Shown piece by piece: positions 51,133 to 64,000 of a stretch of 64,000 nt of DNA (position 1 is its first letter; every line of letters starts with the position of its first letter). The stretch comes from the human T2T-CHM13v2.0 reference genome, Homo sapiens. Location of the stretch: the NCBI RefSeq assembly GCF_009914755.1, contig NC_060934.1, one strand, 5' to 3'. The notes below the pieces were generated by a model that saw nothing but the letters and a program-made list of their open reading frames with translations, was not told the DNA's origin and made no database searches. Made by a program: the position numbers and the translations under genes.

Positions 51133-52351
51133 GTAAGGGAGGCCCGGGCTGGAGCTGGGACCGGGGCGGGCGACCGGGCTGGGGCTCCCCGGGAACGAGT
51201 GTGGGCGCCCCGCGCGCGACTCCGCAGGTTTCAACGCTCGGACACGGAAATACGGTTTGCGTCTCCTCGCGCTTTTCTCTCCTGGAGAGGGGAGAAGGGG
51301 GCTACATCCTGCCAAGTCTGTATGGTTGGGCCGCCGGCGCCCTAGAGTCCGCGCTGGGGGCTGGGAGCGACTGGAGAGCCCCGAGGTATGGGTGGGGAAG
51401 GGCGCAGCGACCCCAGCGTGCGTCTTCCTGAAACTTCGCCCGGACGGTTCCATTTACTCCTCCTCCTACTCATGATTTTAGTTTGGTAGTTTGGTTCATT
51501 AATTGTAAGTAGCCCATTTTTCTTCTAAAATGTCAGCAATTAAACACGTCCGAGGCTGGGTCTTGTATTTATTAGAGACCCCGTCTTACTCCCCGCCCCC
51601 CGCCCCACACCCCTAGTCTGCGACTTGAAGGAGAGAGAGAGAAAAGAAGAGCTTTGTCCAAGTGTATTTGATTCATTCTTAGGGGTTCTACAAGTTAGGA
51701 CACTCAAAAAATGTTTGTAATCTCTTTTTCTGTTTTCCCATGTTGCTTTCGATGTATGGCAAAAGTTGTGCAGTTTTGAGTTATCAGATCTAAACACGAG
51801 CTCTAACTTACTATTTTTGTTGTTGTTTTTACCTTTCCAGGGACTTTGTTTCAAGGCCTTTCTTTCTCTGCCCCGCCTAAGCTGTCTTATTGTTCCTTTT
51901 GTTCTCAAAATAAGGGGAGTGTTTTGTATGGAGACTTAAAATTTATCTAAAACCTTTATAGAAGGATGCAGTTTGACTCTCAAACCAAGTCGTCTTATCT
52001 TGTACAATTTCAGAAATGAAGAACTCAGACCAAATCTATTCTCTGGGGAAAATGTTGGCATTTTTAAAGGTCATTCGTTTTCCACCAAGAAAGTTTCAAA
52101 TACTTTTCCTTTTAACTCATTTGCTGAGGAGAAAGCTTGCAAGTTGTGACTTATAGTTGCTTGATAGATTTTGTACAGTATTTGTCATTTGCATTTACAG
52201 CTCTTTGGATTCTACATTTTTTTAACCTAGTAAAAGAAATTTAGCATACAAGAACGCTAAAATTTTTGTTTTATGTCAAACTGATGGCAGGCTGTGTATA
52301 TTCCCGCCTTAGAGAAGTGAGTTGAAATATACCTTTTAAAAACAGCAACTT

Positions 52352-52682
<331 letters not shown>

Positions 52683-53369
52683 TTATTTCTTCAGATTTAT
52701 GTTACTGTTTTCATGTGTAAACTATAATTTCAAGTTCTTCAGTGCTGTCTTTATCCATTCATTCATTTATAGTGCCTGTTATGTTGCAGCTCTGTTCTAG
52801 GGATTGAGGATTGAACAACGGATCGGACAGTGTTAGTTTTGGTCATCCCAGGAAAACTAAGCAGAGGCTTGCTCAAGAACTCCTGAGGTCTTGGTGGGGT
52901 TCGGAGATTGGGGGAAGAGGAGATGGACAAAGGCTCCCAAGAGGAAGTAGTACTGGGTCTGCAGAATGACCCAGCAAAGAATGAGGGCAAGGGATTCCAG
53001 GCAGTGGGAATTACTTGTACATAGGCCCTGAGACCTGAGAGCAGCGTGGGTTTGAGGCTCACGGTAGGAAGATTAGTAAAGCTGTAGCTAAGGAGAGGAG
53101 GAGGAAAAAACAGGGTTGGAAGGAGGGAGGAGAAATGAGATAAGGCTGGAAAATTCAACCGGAGCCTGATCAGAAAGGTTCTGTAACCATGTGAGAAATG
53201 TATTACTTATGTGAACTATACATTTATATCTCATGTCATTGGATTTTGAGGTGGAAAATATTTAATTTATACCTGAGGAATGACTGTAAATTTCTTTCTT
53301 TCCACATATTCTTAAATTATTTCATCAATTTAATTTTAAATAATTCAATCACCATTTAGCTCAAGTTTT

Positions 53370-53986
<617 letters not shown>

Positions 53987-55035
53987 TGGAAATTCTTTTA
54001 CAGTCTAAGAAACATAATTTGGATAAATATTTACTACCATTCACAGTTACTAAATATTTAAAAGGACAAGATTAAATGATCTTTGAGGTTTCTTTTAACT
54101 TGGAGATTTGTATCCAACCAGATTTCACCTGAGACGGAAGTTATTTCCTACTGTCAGCCATAATGGAAGCACTACAGACGTGGCATCAAGTATTACAGTG
54201 AATTACAGTTATACTGTCAGCAATATTATGTTAACAGTACATTGTTTATGCCGATATTATCTAACATATTTTAAACCCTGTTCCTTTTGTTACTGAGAGG
54301 TCTAAAATAACATTTTACAAGTGTAGTTGAATATAGCATCAGTAAATTGGTTATGAGGAAGACTCCTTCATAATTGCTTTTAAGGATTAAACATGTATCT
54401 AAGGACAACACCAAGGAACTACTAGAAATAACCCTCGAGTCAGTCTTTTCCGTTCTGTTTCCACACCCTTAGTTTTCTATTACTTTTAGGAATGACCTTT
54501 GTTAACTAAGTCATTAAAATCCAATAAACATAAACTCTTCAGACCCCACAGCTGGATCATACTCTTGGCAGCAAGCAGAGGAAGGCAGGGGCTACCACTG
54601 TTTTACAGAATAATAGTAAGTCAATGATCCAAGAAATGACTTCCCAGGGAAAGGGCAAATTAAATACGTTCACAACCTTGGGCTGTTGAGAGTGGTTTTG
54701 GCTCTTGGCTTGCACATTGACGTCTTTAATTATTTTCTTGCTAAACCAACTTCAGTGTTGGAAAGATAGCTCATGTATAAAATAACATGGAAAACGTACA
54801 TCACTTCCCATTTGTTTTGGGTTTTTGTCCTTTTTTTTTTTTCTTTTTTTGGAAAATAGTTCAATAGTACTATCTCTTCCTTAATTTCTTAATGAGTTTT
54901 AATACCAAGGGGTGGCTTTGGGGATCTTTAGCCCAAATCTAAGCAAACATATAATCTGAGTAAAAACTGTATATTTATCAAATGCAGCATCAAGAGAAGC
55001 CCCCCGGCTCCCACTTGGTGCTACCTGTTCTGTAA

Positions 55036-55450
<415 letters not shown>

Positions 55451-56314
55451 TAGTTGTTGTTTTTAGAGAGACAGGGTCTTGCTGTGTGGCCCAGGTATGC
55501 CTCAAACTCCTGGGTTCAAGGGATCCTTCCCCATTGGCCTCCCGAGTAGCCAGGACTGCCTACTGGGCTCACGCATGTTTTTAAAGAAATGGTAGATAAG
55601 AGATCTAAGGTATTTCAGTGACTAAGAAACTGAGGTGAATGACTAAGGGACTGAGACTTCTCTCTCCAAACCTGTTTCTCCACTAGTCTTCCAAGCCTTC
55701 CCAGTTACTCCAACCTGAAAATGAGTCATCCTTGGCTCCTCATTATCAACCCTCACCCCACCCTTCTCCATCCACCAGCAGGTCTGTTTATTCCACTTCC
55801 AAAATATACCCCAAATGTGCTTCCTCTTCCTCCGTACTCCAAGCTACCATGCCGTGTAAGTTATGATTGTGATTTTTGCATGTCTTCTTCCACTGCTACC
55901 TGGAAGCTGGAGTGACCTTTCAAAATATACATCAAATCAGATCATGTCACTCTCCTGCCAAAAGCCCTCCAAAGTCCTTACGTTGATCTAGCTGCCTCTT
56001 CAAACTCATCACACATCTGATCTTAGATGTATTATGCTTCAAGCACATTGGTCTTCTTGTAGTCCCTCAAACAAGCTTCTTTCAGGACTGTGGCTCTGAA
56101 CAAGCTTTCCTCTCTGCCAGGGATGCTATTCCCTCCTGCTATGGCAGGTCTGACTCCTAATGTCCTTCAATCTTTGCCTAAATTTCACCTCCTGCAACCC
56201 TTCCCTGGCTTCCTAAAGTGGTGGTGCCCCCTCTCTGATGTTATTCTATCTCTGCGCTTTTCTCTTAATAGTAATAATCAGAACTTGTAATTATTTTGTT
56301 AATATTTAAAATCT

Positions 56315-56754
56315 AGCTGGACGTGGTGGCTCACGCCTGTAATCCCAGCATTTTGGGAGGCCAAGGCGGGCGGATCACCTGAGGTCAGGAGTTTGAGACC
56401 AGTCTGGCCAACTGGCGAAACCCCGTCTCTACTAAAAATACAAAATTAGCCAGGTGTGGTGTTGCACGCCTGTAATCCTAGCTACTCACGTGGCTGAGGC
56501 AGGAGAATTGCTTGAACCTGGGAGGTGGAGGTTGCAGTGAGCCGAGATAGCACCACTGTACTCCATCGTGGGAGACAAGAGCAATGTGAGGTGGGGGGAG
56601 GAGGGAGGGATAGCGTTAGGAGATATACCTAATGCTAAATGATGAGTTAATGGGTGCAGCACACCAGCATGGCACATGTATACATATGTAACTAACCTGC
56701 ACATTGTGCACATGTACCCTAAAACTTAAAGTATAATAATAATTAAATAAAAAA
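56315..56754 (+). mobile_element. AluS (56315-56584) fused to a young L1PA 3' end (56585-56754)
   Basis: Alu stops at ...gacaagagcaa, then L1 3'UTR ggggggaggagggagggatagc...taccctaaaacttaaagtataat. Confidence 0.9.
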
Positions 56755-58301
56755 TTCTACTTTCTTCACTCGACTGTAGGGTGGTGGAAGAGGTCAGGGG
56801 ACCTGTCTGCCCTGTTTGCCATCCCGTCCCTAGTGCCTAACACGGAGTAAACCCTAAACATTCATGGAATGGATAGCACTGCTGTTCACAGATAGATGCC
56901 TTACCTACTTTCATTTCCTTAAGAGTGTTGTGGTGTACTTAAAAAAAGAAAGCCATTTTATTCTACATTATTCTACAACACAAAGGGCTGTGCTCCAGTG
57001 AAATTTGAAGTGCCTCTTGTGGATTGTGCTTTGGGTAAAGTTCATTTAAATCAGGTACTTATAAATGTTAGGTCGATTACAAATATGGTGTCCCATTTTC
57101 TTTTCTAACCTAAACGAGATGTTTTAAACGAGTCTCATTCTATCCGGTAAGAATAAGGAAGGAGGCAAGTAAACTTATTTTTTGGACCAAGCGGCCACGA
57201 GGTCATAAGACCTAAAAATCTTTACACTCCCAGCCAGCACCTGCTCATTAATTATCTGGGAGACTGGTAAGGATTTAAAAGTAATTTTTTCCTTAAGCCC
57301 AGGAATCATTTAAAAAATCTGTATAACATTTTTTTCTCATGTAGTCTTAGCCCCGAAGAATATTAAGTCTATCAATTAGGTTATAATTCAAATCTTATCA
57401 AGAAATAAATGCTTAATAAATCAAGATTAAAAAAAATTTTCAAAGCAGTGTCTTTTAAACAGTCATGTTTTAAAATCCCCATCAAAATGGTAAAATTCAT
57501 TGTGATCCTGACCTCTGATGCTGTCAGCCACAGGAAGGGGCAAAACGACTTGAGGCTTGAAGCCGTGTCTTTCCCGAAGCTCAGGTTCACCAAACATGGT
57601 CTCCAGATGGAGTCTGTTCCTCAGAACCTGGGCTTTACTTCTTGATGGGAGAAGGAAGCAGTGTTAAAACTTGTCTATTCTGAACTAGCCAACCAGATTA
57701 AAGGAGGGGTTTGTGCATACCAGCATCATCCCAGAATGACCTGAATGACTCATTACATGCAGACAGTGGTGCAAACTCATTAACAAGTAAACAACTCACA
57801 CCAGTGCTCTGTGCTCACAGGGCTGGGGGCGTTCTTGGGTATTTTTCTTAAGGGAGGCTGGAAGAAGGGAGGAGGCATTCCTTTCTCCTAGAGGCAAAGG
57901 CCAGTTCCTTTTGCTGTGCCCCAGACCTTTCCTGGTTGTTAGAAACTCTTCCAGGCCTTTTCTTGGGAAGGTGCTCTCATCCCCACACCTCTGCCTCCTC
58001 CCTCCACCTGTTGTGCACTCCCTGAGAGAAACAAAACAACTTAATCAGCTTATTCAGCTACTTGGGAAGCTGAGGCGGGGGGACTGCTTGAGCCTAGGAG
58101 TTTGGATTCAGCCCGGGCAACATGTCGAGACCCCATCTCTAATTTTTTTTTAAGTTTTAATTTTTTTAATTTAAATAAACATATTCAGGCTAGTGCACGT
58201 ACTTTGGTTCTCTACTGAAGTAATTCACCCTAAATTGAAACTAGCATTGCTAGTTTAGTGTATTACTCCTCTCTAGGCAGCCTCTCTCTCTCTATATATA
58301 A

Positions 58302-58472
<171 letters not shown>

Positions 58473-58564
58473 TGATCCCACAGCTGTGACCACACCTGGC
58501 TAATTTTTTATTTTTTTGAACTGGAGTCTCTCTTTGTTCCCCAGGCTAGTCTTGCCACTATCCT

Positions 58565-60142
<1,578 letters not shown>

Positions 60143-60710
60143 TGGATTTGGGAGATAACTCCCCCCTCTTGCACTCTCTGTGACAAGTCTAGTTTCGATA
60201 TCAAGTTTATCTTAATCTCAAAAAATGAGCTTGGCTCTGTTCCCTCTATTTTCTCTTAAAAGTTTCTGCAGCCTGAAGTCCCAGCTACTCAGGAAGGTGA
60301 GGTGGGAGGATCACTTGAGGCCAGGAGTTCAAGGCTGTTTACTGAAACAATCAGGAATGAGCATTCCCAAGAGAATACAATTACAAAAGTAAAATCACCT
60401 AGAGCTTTGGGGCTGCTTAAAAAGCCCAGAAAGAAGTACCAAGTGAGAAAATAATCAAATTCAGTGGAAAAACTCACTTGAGGGTATCATGGTCAGCTGG
60501 GTTTCCACCCCTTTGATGCACTTCAAGTCCTGTGTATCCCACAAAGACTTGCTCCTTTCTAAAGGCTATGGTTCACGTTCAACAGAATAGCAGCAACCGC
60601 CATAAGCCTGAGGGCTGGCTAGTCTTTAATATTCTGCCCTATTCAAAGAAATGAGTCTTTCCCTCATTTGTAAAGATCTCCCAGGTCCGTTACAAAAAAA
60701 GAAGGAGCAG

Positions 60711-61056
<346 letters not shown>

Positions 61057-61779
61057 CTATTTGACATTAAACACTTCCCCAGGCCAGTGCATTAGCAGTT
61101 AGCTCCTTACTGAATATTATCTGTAGCAAACAGTAGCTGACTCCTAGCTCTCTTCAGTGAACTTGATTTAAATTTATAGAATTCTTATGACTTCTATTTC
61201 ATCTTGAACCAAGAGATTGCTTCCTTTTCCTACTGATTTACCTTTCAGTTACATGTAGACTGAACCAGTCCCAGCCATCTTTAGTTGGTCTCTATTCAAA
61301 CATTGTACTTTTGTTTCTTGATTACATCTTCAATTATTTTAGTTATTTCTGAGATTCTCCCCTGCAGTTTCTCCAGTTATCTAGAGAAGAGTGTGGCAAG
61401 GTACAAAGAGTGCCTGAATAACATTATGAAGGCTGTGAGACTTCAAATAAATGAGTAGCCTCTCTGAGCATTAGGTTTGTCCTCTGTAAACCAGGAATAA
61501 TTTTTACTGAACCAGGGTTGTTCTAAGGATTAGTGAAATGTATGTAAAGCCTTTAGCATTTAATAGGTGATCAAATGGTAAGTGATGCTTATAGAATGTT
61601 TTTATCATGGTAAAATATACAAAACATAAAACTTACCAGCCTTTTAATCTAAATTGTCTTATTGTGATAGGCTTGCTTATAGTAAAACAAACTCTTTTTA
61701 GTATCTGTAGGATCTATAGTGATAACTCTTCACTCCTTATATTCTAACTTGTGCCTAATTAGTTAGGCACAACTCTAAT

Positions 61780-63800
<2,021 letters not shown>

Positions 63801-64000
63801 ACAGAGATTAGCAACTGGAATACTGTTTTCAAAGAAACAGCTTTGGCTTTTTATATTTTCTCTATTATGTCTTTGTTTTTTTTTCATTGATTTCACTTTT
63901 ATCCTTATTATTTCCATCATTTTAATTTCATTCGGCTTAATTTGCTGGGATTTTTGAGATGGATGCTTAGATCAGTGGGGTTTTCTTCTTTTTCTTTTTT

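Larger units (their letters stand above)
50150..51450. promoter_or_regulatory. CpG island / bidirectional DHX32-FANK1 promoter
   Basis: Very GC- and CpG-rich; GC boxes (ggggcgggg), ETS-like cacttcctg near 50965; divergent first exons. Confidence 0.92.

Noticed and set aside
51120-51431. 103-aa ORF starting MEPQSKGG
   Set aside because: Only the first 13 nt are FANK1 coding; the rest is intron read-through past the gtaagg donor
50129-51453. Long overlapping ORFs (302, 165, 146, 139 aa) in the CpG island
   Set aside because: Arg/Pro/Gly/Ala-rich low-complexity products expected from stop-poor GC-rich DNA; mostly non-ATG starts; no recognisable domain

Overview
Human (primate) euchromatic DNA, recognisable as the BCCIP-DHX32-FANK1 locus on chr10q26. 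The minus strand carries the 5' part of DHX32: a probable non-coding first exon in a CpG island (~50.7-51.0 kb) and six coding exons (35302->6769). These splice in frame with GT-AG junctions into ~450 aa of a DEAH/Prp43-type helicase fold whose catalytic motifs are degenerate. On the plus strand, the terminal exon of BCCIP-alpha (from 7601) sits antisense inside a DHX32 intron. FANK1 begins head-to-head with DHX32 in the same CpG island, with a 13-nt first coding segment and an RFX X-box upstream. The rest is intronic and dense in Alu, L1/L2, MIR, MaLR/ERV1 LTRs and MER1. The most unusual structures are two local templated rearrangements (0.8-2.7 kb and 58.6-60.3 kb), an Alu-L1 fusion, a tail-less AluY, a 5' U2 snRNA retrocopy with target-site duplication and four uORFs in the DHX32 leader. 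I found no evidence for a new multi-gene system. Repeat subfamily calls and repeat boundaries are by eye and approximate.
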